Source: Haliotis cracherodii (taxonomy: Eukaryota). From it: a DNA stretch of 64,000 bases. The stretch covers positions 1-64,000 of the forward strand of contig NW_027266305.1 in the NCBI RefSeq assembly GCF_022045235.1, in the 5' to 3' direction. Below are positions 37,990 through 51,001 of this stretch, piece after piece (position 1 is the stretch's first letter; each line of letters begins with the position of its first letter). A program made the position numbers and the translations under genes. The notes under the pieces were generated by a model. The model was not told the origin of the DNA. It saw only the letters and a program-made list of their open reading frames with translations, and made no database searches.

Positions 37990-38775
37990 CAGATACGGCT
38001 CATTCACCTGCGAAACAGATTCGTAACGACGACGGCAGCAACAGCGTTGGGACATCCCATTAGCCAACGTACAGTACTACGACGACTTCGTGCTGCTGGA
38101 ATCCGAGCGTATCGTCCTTTCCGAGGAATGGTACTGACTGCTCGACATCGACGCCTGAGACAGCGGTGGGCGAGGCAGGTTCGACGCTGGCAAGTGAGAA
38201 ATTGGCGTCGAGTGCTGTTTACTGATGAAAGTCGGTTTAACTTGTTTCCAAATGACGGCAGAGAACGAGTTTATCGACGCAGAGGGGAACGTTTGGCTCC
38301 GGCGTGTATTCGAGAGGTCCATCCATTCGGCGGGGGAGGTGTCATGGTGTGGGGCGGTATTTGTGGAGATCAGAAGACTGATTTGGTGTTTATACAGGGA
38401 AAGCTGAATGCTGTGCAGTTCAGAGACCAAGTGATGCAGCCAGTTGTGCTTCCGTTCTTACAAAACCAACAGCAGGGGACATTGTTTCAACACGACAATG
38501 CCAGGCCCCATACTGCAAGACTGACTCGGAACTTTCTAAACCAGCAGAACGTTGACGTTTTGCCCTGGCCTGCCCACTCACCCGATATGAATCCTATTGA
38601 ACATCTGTGGGACCATCTTGACAGACAGATTAGAGCACGCCATCAGCCTCCCGTCAACAGACAAGAATTACAGCAGGCCCTGAGAGAAGAGTGGCAACGG
38701 ATTCCAGTCCACGTCATCAGAAGACTGACGTGATCGACGAGGCGGCATATCACAGCATGCATTGAGGCAGCTGTG
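37990..38775 (+). pseudogene. Tc1-family (DD34E) transposase, 5'-truncated with a premature stop
   Basis: TDESRF, VMVWGGI, FQHDNARPH and WPAHSPDMNPIEHLW motifs. No ATG or N-terminal HTH; stop at 38731 comes before the C-terminal ACIEA. No TIRs found. Confidence 0.92.
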
Positions 38776-39311
38776 TCGACAATGAACTTGTAGTGTGTCT
38801 GACAATTTTTTGGTGACATTTCAGACAACTTTTGAAAATGAAATTTCTTACCCCATCATTGTTTACCTTGAGCTTACATTACCTGTGTTTGCACAATTTC
38901 ATTCAAACTGTGGTTGATCAATCATTTGTTACCCCTCCCTAGATTATATTATAATTCACAACAAAACCTCTTCTTGTCTATCATCATTGAACTCGACCTA
39001 TACTTTCTTTTGCCGCCCAGTTTAGTTTCACCCATTCCAACACATCATTCCCATCCATTACTCAGTGACTTCCCTTTCGAAACCAGATGCGTAGATATTT
39101 TAGCATGACAGACTGAGGGTAGATTAATTGTAGGAATGTGTTAGTCGCCATATGTAGAGTTGCTTCCCTTAGCCGTGTCCGGATACGTTGGTCATGGTTT
39201 CGAATCCCAGATTTGTTCCAATTTCGATCTTCCGTCTGTCAGCATCACACCGGTGCCCGTGGACTTCCCCACTACCCAACCCCTCGCAAGAAGCTGACGC
39301 CATCATGGTAG

Positions 39312-39572
39312 ACCCGTGAAGATCCGGGGTAGAATAGGTCATCAGCAACCCATTCTTGCCCTAAAAGGCGACTATGCTTGTTAAAGAGGCGTCTAACGGG
39401 ATCGAATGGTCAGGATCGCTGACTTTGTGCTTGCTGTCATCGTATTCCATTTGTGTGGATCGATGATCATGATGCCAATCACTTGATTGTCTGGTCCAGA
39501 CTCGATTGTTTACAGACCGCGGTCATATGGCTGGAATATTGGTAAGTGCGGCGTTGAACAACAAACAAACCA
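39312..39572 (+). mobile_element. Retroposon family A
   Basis: Starts GACCCGTGAAGATCC; (AAAC)n tail. Confidence 0.88.
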
Positions 39573-39729
39573 ACATATAATTGTAATACTGTATTTGTCA
39601 CTGTTTTTGCTGACCACTTTGTGAAAACGCCATTTATTTACTCAGTCAACTATAGGTGAAGTTTTACATGTTTGGTCAGAGTGTATTTTATTGTATTGTT
39701 CGTTGGAAACAGTCATGCTGGTGTAAGTT

Positions 39730-39950
39730 GTAAGGTCGGTGGTTCGATCCCCTGGCCGCGTCATCCTAAAGACTTGAAAAGATGGTACTTGTTGTTACCC
39801 TGCCTCGCGCTCTGCCTTAAGGCATAGGCTTGAGTCATGCTAATGGGTCTGCGTCGGACACCCATGTTAAACTGCGGAATGTTAGTACTAAACAAACCGG
39901 TACAAGCAGCTACGCACATACATATGCACGTCGCTACAAATAAATTCCAA
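39730..39950 (+). mobile_element. SINE family D (degenerate)
   Basis: ggttcgatcccc..aaagatggtacttgttgttaccctg. Confidence 0.7.
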
Positions 39951-40604
39951 TAATAAACTTTCGTTTGAAATCGATTTAAACATTACTGAAAGAATAATTT
40001 GAAAGATGATGGATTGTGAAAACAAAATTTTGAATTTTCTCAATCATGCCAGTCATATACTCTGATAATTCACTTCGTTCAAAATTTTGAATAAAAAGCT
40101 AACATTTTTAAGCTCTTAAAAGAAAGATTATTTTCACGAAAACTCCTGGAGTTGTTAGTTAAGGTTTTTGTGAAAGAAGACAGTAAAACATATGTGCCTG
40201 TTTGACTACTTTACATGGCTGTTACAACTTTAGTACGTTTTGGTTGTGGTTTAGTGATATAAGGTATTGGTATTGGTTAGACCATCCGACCTTTCATACA
40301 TACCACTGGGGTTGCCGAGCAAGAAGTTCCTGAATGTAAAGCTATATCCTGTATTGTGGACCTTTACACCTTCCTCCGTCATACACTGTTTTAAATATTC
40401 ATGTGTTTTTCATTGTGATGAACGATGCTGGGAATTGCAGGAGGGACATGAAAAAATGACATAAAACAGGATGGGGTTATTGTCTTGTATACTCATGGAA
40501 AAAAAATCCGACCCACCCCGCAAACACCCACCTTAAATCATATTGCGCCTTGTGGCTGACTTCTGTCATGGCAGTAAAATGTTGTCGCTGGTGCGGGAGA
40601 TGAT

Positions 40605-40942
40605 GGGGTGAGGTGACGTGAAATTAGGTTTAACGTCGCGTCCAACATTATTGCACTTATACAGCGACGTGCATGTGTGTATGCTTGTGTGTGTACGTGC
40701 GTGAGAGTGCTTGTGTGTGTGCGTGCGTGCCTGTGTGTGTGCGTGCGTGAGTGTGCGTGTGTGCGTGCGTGCGTGCCCGTGTGCCTGTGTGTGTGCGTGC
40801 GTATATGTGTGCGTGTGTGCGCTTGTGTGTGTGGGCGTGTGTGTGTGTGTGCGTTTGTGTGTGTGTGTGTAAGTGTATATGGCTGCTTGTACCTGTACTC
40901 CTTGTATAGTGCTACCCCATGCTACCAGTCCGCAGGTTAACA
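40605..40942 (-). mobile_element. SINE family D, 3' part, with an expanded (GT/GC)n microsatellite
   Basis: Tail ggtttaacgtcgcgtccaa; the internal (CA)n tract is expanded to ~200 bp. Confidence 0.8.
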
Positions 40943-42227
40943 TAAATATTGTGATGATGATGATGATGATTTGGGATGATTATAAGCAAAGTCATTCCCG
41001 AAAAACTGTTTCAGTGCAACGCACCTTTAAGGAAACCATGTTTTGGAGTGTTGAACAAAACCGCAAACAATTGCTCGCTGATTAGGTATACAACTGCATC
41101 TATGGAACACTTACATGTTTTTTACCCAACTATTGTTATGGCTAAAGGACTTTTACCCAACTATTGTTATGGCTAAAGGAAACACGTTCAGGTGAATACT
41201 GCCCACCTGGCGAATAACATGGCGATAACCCCCGGCCCTACCAAGCCCTACTGTGGAAGTAGATGGCATCATGACTTGCTCATGACGTGGCGCCCTTACC
41301 GACTAACGTTCTTGCAGTTTTATCACACATTGAAGGAGATTAATGGCCATTTATCACATAGCTTACTAATCCTACAGTGTTCCTCGATGAGTTATTACTA
41401 GACTTCGTAAGCCAAGCCCAAACGAAGATATTCCTTATCACGACGAGCCTTGATTTTTTAGTATCTTGAAAACAAATATGTGACTGGCGAGTCTGGTTCT
41501 ACAAGATTCAGCTTTACGACTGTCGTCGGTCTATGTTAATGTACAGGAACTGAGGTTGCCCCCCATACTACCCATACTCAGCAGCCATAGTGGCCTCCCG
41601 ATCCCCATTGTACGAACTTTACGACATGTACATGCTGTACTGGGGTCCATATGTCTTAACTTTCACGGAAATACCAAGAGAAGCTCGTAATCCAAATAGC
41701 AGTGCATTTAAGATCCTCCTTGGGGTAGAGTAATGAGAAATTACACACTCTGTTTAGTATAATACACATAATCTAGACCTACGAGCTTCTGACGGTCACC
41801 AAAATATGTAACTAATTTGAAATTTAGATCATAATTAAATATTAAACCCAAATGCCTAGCTTTTTACGTTCGTTGATATACGGTACATCGAAACTGGCCG
41901 ATTAGCAGGACAAACTTGCAGTTTCAGCGAGGCTGCCATTTCAGATGAAAAAGACATCTTTGTATCAGGAATGCGGACATTAAATTCCCTCTTGTCAGGG
42001 ACATATAGTGTTGTGAGGAGAGCTCCTGAACAAGTTATTCCGACATCATCTCACAATTCACCAAACTAAAGAATCTTAAACTTGTGTTGCTTTTTACAGC
42101 CTCACTATACGGTGTGTTTTGTTGAATAAGAATTTATGTCTTACTATTTTACTTAACACAAATAAGATCTGTTCTATAATGCAGGCACGTGGCGATCATG
42201 ATGAAGATAAGGTTGTAATGCTATCGC

Positions 42228-42471
42228 AACTTGCCCTTGGGCACGCCAGAAACCTATGACTGTGGGTTCGAATCCCGGTTCGACCCAATTATGTTTCTAT
42301 GTTTATCAGCACCATACCCGTGTTCGTGGGTTTCACCGAAATGGTAAACGGCTAAGATTTGCATTACTTCGGGCTTTCGTCCGCATTAACCTGACACGCC
42401 GTGATATAACTGAAATACTGTTCAAAGTGACGTTAAACCCAACTAAACACAACTAACTCACTCACTCACTC
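42228..42471 (+). mobile_element. SINE family C (5'-truncated)
   Basis: TSD ctatcgcaacttg. Confidence 0.85.
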
Positions 42472-42510
42472 TATCGCAACTTGAAGTGATGACAAGCAGC
42501 TTCATTATCC

Positions 42511-42543
<33 letters not shown>

Positions 42544-42552
42544 TATTACATA

Positions 42553-42890
42553 TGACCGCCTTCGTGGTCGAGTGGATAGAGCGTATGCCCGGAGAGTGGA
42601 AGGTTGGTGATTCGATCCCCGGCAGCGTTATAGGTTAAAAGATGGTACTTGTTGTTACCTTGCCTGACTCGGCATTCAGGGGCTAAACAAGGACTGGTCG
42701 GCTCGGAGTGGGGTATCCATGGCATACCAGCATGGTATTTTAGTTGGCTATGGCTATACAACCGACACGTCACCAGTAGGCGCACGCACGCGCACGCACG
42801 CACGCACACACACAGACACATGCATGCATGCACGTCGCAGTATTTAAGCAATCATCTAAAACGCGACGTTCAACCCCATTTCATCTTACC
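42553..42890 (+). mobile_element. SINE family D
   Basis: Family consensus. Confidence 0.82.
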
Positions 42891-43939
42891 CATATCATTA
42901 CTTTTAACAAGTTTTAATTATTTTTTTAACAACTCGTGAAACACACGAGGGTTATAAAACACATCAGGTAAGGTTTGCGTAGGGACATATCCTGCCTGTG
43001 ATCAATATTTATGATGTCATATCTTGACACAGTCACCAGGTGCGGGTTTGTTTCAGAGTCGTTTTCCCTGAGGGTGCGCTCCTGGAGTGCGATGTATATA
43101 AATGATGTATTACTCCAGCCCCAATGCTTGAAGACCCCGACTTGTGAAGCTGACGGACCATTGCTCGCTGCTGTGTGGAGCTATGCGTAAATTGTTCTCG
43201 TATGCGCACGCGCTATATACTTGAGTCTTCGTCTCGTGACTTGGACAACATTGTCACATGGTTGAAGTGCTGCGGAAGTCTTCAATAAAGCTGGAAATAT
43301 CCATCCGTCGAGTGGTGTCAGTTTGCCAACAACTCAACAAGTGTCAGTTTCAGCATCAAGGTCCGCTGTTGTGGAACTTAACCCTCTCGGGGAAATCTAC
43401 ATTGTTATATAACAGTCAATGAGAATGTCGTCTGATCAGTAACAAGGCCTGTTTAGGCTTCTCTGACGGACCAAGGACTAAAAATAGATTTAGCTCTGTA
43501 CAAACATATGTGCAGCTGAAAGTATGTTGATATGCTTCAGCGCCCCGCGGTGACGACACTAAGCAGACGACATTTTCTCGCAGGTAGGTGGCAGAAGTAC
43601 GAACTTGTTTTTAGCATGAAATCCTTGTAGTTAAAACCGGTTTCAGATCAATGCGGCGATGAAACAATTTCCGTCAGGTTAACTACCTGTTTCCCTTGAT
43701 GAATAGCTTTTCTAACTGAACACTTTTAGTACCTCGTAAGAGGCAGCGATTACTTGGTCATAAACGTTTGGCTGTACACGATTGATGCAGGTAGTTTGTA
43801 AGTATATTCGACACTACTTTATCATGTGAAAAGCTGGATAGTTTAAATATGCGACCTCAATTCTAGCGTTGCCACACATTTGGAAACATAATGGCCGAAT
43901 AATGTAATACTTACAAAGAAATATATGGTAAACCGTATT

Positions 43940-44140
43940 CGTTTGTTTAATGTTTTACGCCTCACTCAGCAATATGCCAACTATATGACGGCCGTCTGTA
44001 AATAATTGAGTCCTGATCAAACAATCCAGTGATTGACATCATGAGCATCGATCCACGCAATTAGGCATCAACTATGTCAGCCTGACCACTCGATCCCGTT
44101 AGTCGCCTCTTACGACAAGCATGGGTTGCTGAAGACCTAT
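43940..44140 (-). mobile_element. Retroposon family A (5'-truncated)
   Basis: Family consensus. Confidence 0.82.
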
Positions 44141-46241
44141 CTTTACTAGACATAAGCCTTATTCTTTCCATGTAGATAGATTTATGCTATCTGACTTTAC
44201 GTTCAATATTATTAATAATTCAGTGGTGAACAATATTAATATCATTTCTTTGTTTCACAGTAAATACATTTTTTTTAAAATAATTGGAAACTATGAAAAG
44301 GATTGTATGTGTAAATGCTTCACCCATATACCGTTACTTCTGCTCTGTGTTGTTTTGCTTTAGACACAGCAATCTGAGACTTATCTCACTCTATCAAAAC
44401 AGGAAAAGGGTCATTAGGTGTAGCTTGCATGAACATAACTGTTTATTTCCTTAGATCTCATTGGGCAGAATTTCGCACGGTTACTTACATTTAGGCCTTG
44501 TCCAACAGTAAAGCTTGTGAAACAGTTCCATTGTATATTACTGTACTTTCGACACAGACGTATTCACCTCGCAACAAGACCACAAGTACATGTTTCAAAT
44601 GTTCTGTACCAGACTACAGTGATGGGCGTATATACAAGTGGTATTGTTGAACAATGCTTAGCTCAGTGACTGTATATAAGGATACAGATATATATTCTCG
44701 TCCCATGTACCAACGGTAACTGTATCTCCGTTTAAATGTGTCCAGGTTTTAAAAATAAGATAAAAACTGCAATATCACAACCATACAGAAAATAACTCTA
44801 ATTTTAAATTTGGTATACATGTCAAATTATGCCAACGAACAGATCTAGCAACGCGTGCTTTGGGATTTCTAACAAAGTAAATAAACAATGACATGGGCCG
44901 TGATAAAACTCCTTTGTGGGGCTAAAACATAAATTGCGGGATTAAAACGAAATGCTTGAGTCACGAATGCCGACAATTAATCCTCCCCTGACTGGGAAAT
45001 GTATTGTGTTGAAAGGATGATCCTCGGAAATCCCCTCGCAATTCGTCCCCCGAAGGAATTTATTATTATTGTTACCTTTATATGTTTTTTCCCCAAACGT
45101 AGTTAATATTATGATATCTTTTACTACAAAACAGTTTATCTGAACACATATCAATTATATCTATAAAACTGATATATACGTGCAACGCGCGTCATTAATA
45201 TGACGCTGTATATTTGTATAGTTTCCTTACTATGACAAGTTTATTTGTTGATAGTTCATCCCTTAGACGTTTTAACGCCAGGTGTGCTTGGGTACTTAAT
45301 ACCCGCGGTGACGAAGCGGTCACAAGGTGCGCCTCGATCATACCACGAAGGTTCATTTCCTTGTTTTTGTATCAGAAGTGTTTAACAGAAATACATTAAG
45401 TGATAAAGCGTGTGTGTATATGATGTCAGCTGATTCGTGAATACACAAGGTGTGCTTTGTTTACATTGTTAACGTTTTATAAGTGATCCTTGTATGTCTT
45501 CCTATCGAAATATTATTCATTCTAATATATGTTGGTTTTTTTCATTTAGGATAGTGGTAGGGGCAGCGTGAAACGGATGTTTAACGGGTCAAATTCGGTC
45601 GACTATATGTCATCTGAATCAGAAAAACACAATTTAGCTAGATTTATATAATACAGGTCTGAAGAAGTTTTTATTGGTTCACGTGATTTGGATAAAATAC
45701 GATGTATCCTGCCTTGAAGGGAAATAAATTTCTCAGCGGGAGAATATATCCCTTACATCCCGCCACGAAGAAAACAGGCTGCGCGTGGATTTCACAGCGG
45801 GAGAATAAATCCCTTATACACAGCTTCGAAACAAAGATCCACACGCATTTTCCGAGTCAGTGACATAGAACAAGTTAATCTCAGCTTAATTAAACAGCTA
45901 TTTTCTATCAATTTTGATATTTTCAGTTTCCTTTACATTATCACATTAAAACATGTCGGTAAGATAACTTCGTTGAAGCAGGATCACTCGGGGTACATTG
46001 GGTTTTATGCCTTTTAATACCACTCGCCTCCGGTGACATTAGGACAGTATGGGGCACATGAGATTTGATATCCATAATTTTATAAATTATTTGTTTTTCA
46101 GGTATACGGAAGACTTGGATTAAAGTCATTTCTCATGGAAAACAATAACGCCAGTCGAACGCGGCCAGAAACGAAGGTGAAAGTCAAAAGTTGAAAAAGA
46201 AACTTTGAAGAAGTGTCAGCAGTCTCGTTCCAACGACCAAC

Positions 46242-48131
46242 ATGAAACCTGTTTTGCTTGGCAGTATTATTGCCTGTCATATGATCTCGGTCTTGGCAGT
46301 GAAGCTCTCGCTTGGAGCCACCGGTGCCAGAGGCAATCACGCCATCCATCATCGATCAAATGCCGTTACTGGAAAAACAGTTTTACTAAGAAACGGAGAA
46401 TATTTATCCTTTTACTTGTGTCTGAGACAAGATACGTCCCTCCGTATCAGCAACGTCAGATATTCCAACGACGGCGGCCCTGACCTTGTTTCCTTAACTA
46501 TCGATAACGTGGACGCCGGATCCTTCTTAACCGGGAACAGATCCGATTGGGGGAAGCTCTGGAATGTGTTCCATATATCGGGGCCGGTTGGGAGACAGTG
46601 GGTTTTCAGGGAGGGTTTGCATGTGTTGTCCCTTCTCGCAAAGGCCGCCAATGGGATTGAGATTGATTATGTCGAGGTGGAGCTTTCAGATCAGACCATA
46701 ACCCATGATATATTGACCTGCGCACTTATGTGTTCGAACGTTCTACCACCCGTTCCCCCAGTAAACCCGAATGTGCTGGAGAACGCTACCCTCTTACAAA
46801 CCAGCTATCCCACGAAGTGCGCTGAAGAAGATAACGTCAAGATACCAGTGTTCCTGAAAAACGTCGTATCTTACACATTGACGGCAACGTTGCCAGATTA
46901 CAAGACGTTCATCAACGATCGTCATCCCAACACAACGGGGTGTGTATCTCTGCCTTCCGTGTACTGGAAGATTTCCCATTTCGTGATTCCACAACCCCTC
47001 AGTCGGGCCACGTTCGCCGGAGTTAGGATGGACTTCTTATTTGGTAGGAACAAACCCTTCACCTCTCAGGTACTGCAGATAGTGTTCAGACTCAAAGGCA
47101 GATCAAAAGGCTACATAGATGCTGATATTGGGTCTAAAGCAACGATCAGGATCCAGCCTGTCAAGTCGAAAGTGACAATGAGAGTGTTGTACCAAGGACG
47201 GGCTAAGAAGGTCCTGGGACTGGTCGATGAAGTATTTAAACCAGGGGAGACAACTAAGGAGTGGCACATTCCTGATTTTTCGTGGACGGAATATGATGAC
47301 AATGTTCTTCTTGTTTCCATAGTAACATCTGAAATAAGCTCTCTGACAATTGATTACGTGCAACTTGAGCGACGGTACATGAGGCCGGATCGACCATTTT
47401 CAATTTTCAGGTCAGATAATCTAATAATTGAGGGTATAGACGTTGATTTCTGGTGGCGAGCACCTGAGACAATGAAAGTCCACCGTTTGGACACTGGGAA
47501 GGTTTTTAACAAGGTGGACTACTTCCGCATTTCACGTCCAGTTCCTTGGACAACAGGCTTTGCCCAGATATTTGTTTTATATCAAGATGGAAACATCCGA
47601 CTCTTAGAACTTCCTCCACCAGGGCTTGACTGGATACCATTTGGTACCTCTGTGATTGTAGGACAGTCTGACGCGGACGCCTTCAGACCTTCCTCCCCTA
47701 TTGTCAGAATGGACCTGGCCCCTGTCAATCTGACTATGACCTTATATTATGCTGATGGGGGGTCAGCAAGGCTAGATCTCAAAACAACTATCCCGGAAAC
47801 ATCGTTGAAGGTGTCCAGCCTCATTTTCAAGAAAGACACTACACGGTACCCGTTTGCCAACTTCCGGTCCATGCATGTCAAGGACGGTAACTCTGATTCG
47901 GACAGTGTCCTGGTCGACGGGAAGACTGCTTTTCACGTCATGCACGGGTGGACGTCTTTAACGGGGAGGTCGTTCTTATTGTTCCGACGGTGTCAGTCGA
48001 AGCATCTCACTCTGAGCCCTGACATACGGCTGGACATTGACCAGACCACATCTTCACAGTCTAGTCAGGTCATGAACAGCCAACTGTGGTCTGAATTTGT
48101 AGAATGGAGGCGACTAATGGGGTTCCACTGA
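46242..48131 (+). CDS. Uncharacterised 629-aa secreted protein with an N-terminal CBM6/CBM35-like galactose-binding fold; single coding exon
   Basis: Long non-repetitive ORF with a signal peptide (MKPVLLGSIIACHMISVLA). VRYSN...GSF...WG.LW...GLHVLSL...GIEIDYVEV is a CBM-like pattern. Acceptor ttgtttttcAG at 46101; AATAAA at ~48750 and ~48810. Confidence 0.88.
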   Translation: MKPVLLGSIIACHMISVLAVKLSLGATGARGNHAIHHRSNAVTGKTVLLRNGEYLSFYLCLRQDTSLRISNVRYSNDGGPDLVSLTIDNVDAGSFLTGNRSDWGKLWNVFHISGPVGRQWVFREGLHVLSLLAKAANGIEIDYVEVELSDQTITHDILTCALMCSNVLPPVPPVNPNVLENATLLQTSYPTKCAEEDNVKIPVFLKNVVSYTLTATLPDYKTFINDRHPNTTGCVSLPSVYWKISHFVIPQPLSRATFAGVRMDFLFGRNKPFTSQVLQIVFRLKGRSKGYIDADIGSKATIRIQPVKSKVTMRVLYQGRAKKVLGLVDEVFKPGETTKEWHIPDFSWTEYDDNVLLVSIVTSEISSLTIDYVQLERRYMRPDRPFSIFRSDNLIIEGIDVDFWWRAPETMKVHRLDTGKVFNKVDYFRISRPVPWTTGFAQIFVLYQDGNIRLLELPPPGLDWIPFGTSVIVGQSDADAFRPSSPIVRMDLAPVNLTMTLYYADGGSARLDLKTTIPETSLKVSSLIFKKDTTRYPFANFRSMHVKDGNSDSDSVLVDGKTAFHVMHGWTSLTGRSFLLFRRCQSKHLTLSPDIRLDIDQTTSSQSSQVMNSQLWSEFVEWRRLMGFH

Positions 48132-48194
48132 CTGTAATGACATCACGACATCATGTCATTTATGAAACTACAGTATGTGTTGTCCATGCATCTT

Positions 48195-48735
48195 TCAAAG
48201 AGCATCTGGTCGCTTATTGTAAGCCCTAGCAGGTCCATCAAAAAAAGTGCATTCAAAGAGTTTGTGGTCGCTTATTGTAAGCCTAGCAGGTCCATCAAAA
48301 GTACATTCAAAGAGTTTGTGGTCGCTTATTGTAAGCCCTAGCAGGGCCATTAGTATGTGGTCGCTTATTGTAAGCCCTAGCAGGTCCATCAAAAGTACAT
48401 TCAAAGAGTATCTGGTCGCTTATTGTAAGCCCTAGCAGGTCCATCAAAAGTACATTCAAAGAGTATCTGGTTGCTTATTGTAAGCCCTAGCAGGTCAATC
48501 AAAAGTACATTCAAACAGTATGTGGTCGCTTATTGTAAGCCCTTGCAGGTCCATCAAAAGTACATTCAAAGAGTATCTGGTCGCTTATTGTAAGCCCTAG
48601 CAGGTCCATCCAAAATATATTCAAAGAGTATCTGGTCGCTTATTATAAGCTCTAGCAGGTCAATCAGAAGTACATTCAAAGAGTATCTGGTCGCTTATTG
48701 TAAGCCCTAGCAGGTCAATCAAAAGTACATTCAAG
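48195..48735. repeat. 55-bp minisatellite, about 10 copies, in the 3' UTR of the secreted-protein gene
   Basis: Unit TCAAAGAGTATCTGGTCGCTTATTGTAAGCCCTAGCAGGTCCATCAAAAGTACAT. Confidence 0.93.
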
Positions 48736-50179
48736 GTAACCAGACACTCAATAAAAAAAACCACTTTGCTCATTGTGTAAGTGGTTGTGTTACCTAGATT
48801 TATTTTAACAATAAATTGTGACATTTAACTTGGTAGATAGTGTCTCAAATCCACACAAGGTACCAATTGTGTCATGGCTTACCTTAGGCATGGAACCTCT
48901 CTAAAATTACCTGGTCCATCATTTGATATCGGGGATGGGGTGGGGTCTGTGATATATTTTTTTAAATAATATCTTTCCCGAAAATGCTCCGAAATATCGT
49001 CTGTCCTTTTTAACGGAGATACATACATTTTCACTGGAGATGTTGGATGTGCAGAAATAAAAGGATTGGTTGGCTCCACTTTTGCAGACAAAAATACAGA
49101 CCTTGAGAAACAAGCTGAAAAATATAAAACAACGTACACAAAGTGGTGAGACCCTAAGTACACATGAATCATCTTAACAACAATGGGAAACAAAGTTTTC
49201 TAACTAAATCTAGAGTAAGCTGGGTGTACCACGTGATATCTCCTTGACCTGAGGATGTCCGCTGTTGCCTTTGTGTGGTCTATTTATGTAAATGTTACAC
49301 GGACGATTGTGTCTCATGACTGCTATTGCCCTGTCAGATTGTGGTTATATGTTTTGTTTGGAGTTTATGTCTGTTTGCCTCATAAAGTGTCTGTAGTAAC
49401 TTGTAAATTGAAATATATCCCTTTTCCCTGCGTTATGTCAAACCCGTGTAGCACCAACATGCCTGAAGTCATGTATTCGGTGTCTTGTTACGAACATGCA
49501 AAGTGTTGTGTTTTGTGCATATATTCTAAATTCATATTCAGAAGACTGACAAAAATTTCAAATTGTAACTTTTCTTTGCTATAGTTGGAAATTATTTTGA
49601 AATAAGATGGTAAAGAATCGAATCTGTGCGGAGATCTGATTTATTGAAACTTCGAGACCATTGACACCCAGGCAACGATATGGTAATGGAGTCTCAACAC
49701 GTTCAATATGAATGACAGAGAGTGTACAGAACACTGGCAGCTGTTCGTCTATTACTCATTTCCAGCACAGATGTTTATCCTGTAAAGGGAATGTCATTTG
49801 GGCGGCTGTTATAAATAAATGCACGATTTGTAATATATTGTGTATATCATGGGTGAACCGGTGCGTTCAAAATCTTTAACTTTTACTGTGTGTATTTTTA
49901 TATTTTACTGTATACTTATTTTCAAAATAAATTTAAAGCCATGTTTGTAATGTTTTCATAATTCTCTCGGCGTATGTGATGAATGTTTCATGCGACGCAC
50001 TGTCACTTGAGAATGTTCAAAGGGGGACAACTGCAGCATCTAGTACAAAGACAACAAAACCACAAGCACGTTTTTTCGACAAAAGCATAAAACAGTTGAT
50101 CTTTCAGTCGACCAAATCTAAAAGAATTATGTTCAAAACCCAAATAAAAAAGTAGCCTTATTTCTTTTCTCAATAACCT

Positions 50180-50500
50180 GGTGAGGTGAGGTGAAATGGG
50201 GTTTAACGTCGCGTCCAAGATTATTGCACTTATATAGCGACGTGCATGCACGTGTGTGTGCGTGTACGTGCGTGCGTGTGTGTGTGTGCGTGGGCTGCTT
50301 GTACTAATCCGGAATGAAACCGATTCTAGAACCAGCCCACATGTCGCAGTTTAACATGAATACCCCACTCAGAGCCGACCAGTCCTTGTTTTAGCCCCTT
50401 AATGCCGAGCGCCAGACAGGGGAACAACAAGTACCATCTTTTAACGTCTTTTGGTTTGACGCGGCCGGGGATCGAACCCCGGACCTCCCCTCTCCGGGCA
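50180..50500 (-). mobile_element. SINE family D
   Basis: (GGTGA)n tail, body and B box; flanking caataa(c/t)ctggtg. Confidence 0.85.
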
Positions 50501-51001
50501 GTCCAATAATCTGGTGCATTATGAGCGTTGTACGTCAATATTACAGACAACGATATCCCACAAACATTATTATGCGTCACTTTAAACCTACTTGTTCGAA
50601 AGTCAATGACCTTTTACATCAGTTAATGTTATGGGAGAATTTTCCTGCACTACAATTTTATGTGTGTGCCATCAGTTATCATTCCGACATATGTTCCCCG
50701 CTACAAAGACCCTGTGACATCCATCGAGCTGTGAGGAGTGGTCGGGGCAGAACACTCATCTGTTTTGTACACCACAGGTAGACAATACCTATAGCGTCTC
50801 AATCACCTGGGGGGAAACGTGAGTCTGGGACTTCTGGTTGGTAGATTGATTGAAGAGAAGACTTAATTTAAACAGTTAATCATAATCATCAGTGATCTGA
50901 CAGCTGGTTATTGAAAACAGGAAATGTTTGTTTAATTAAACGGTTTTAGATCGGGGAGGGGGTGTTGAGCGTTAGAGCAGTGTGTATACTCCTGTCACAA
51001 A

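Noticed and set aside
42997-43414. Possible solo LTR (TG start, TATA, AATAAA, ...AACA end)
   Set aside because: No TSD or convincing terminal inverted repeat could be established.
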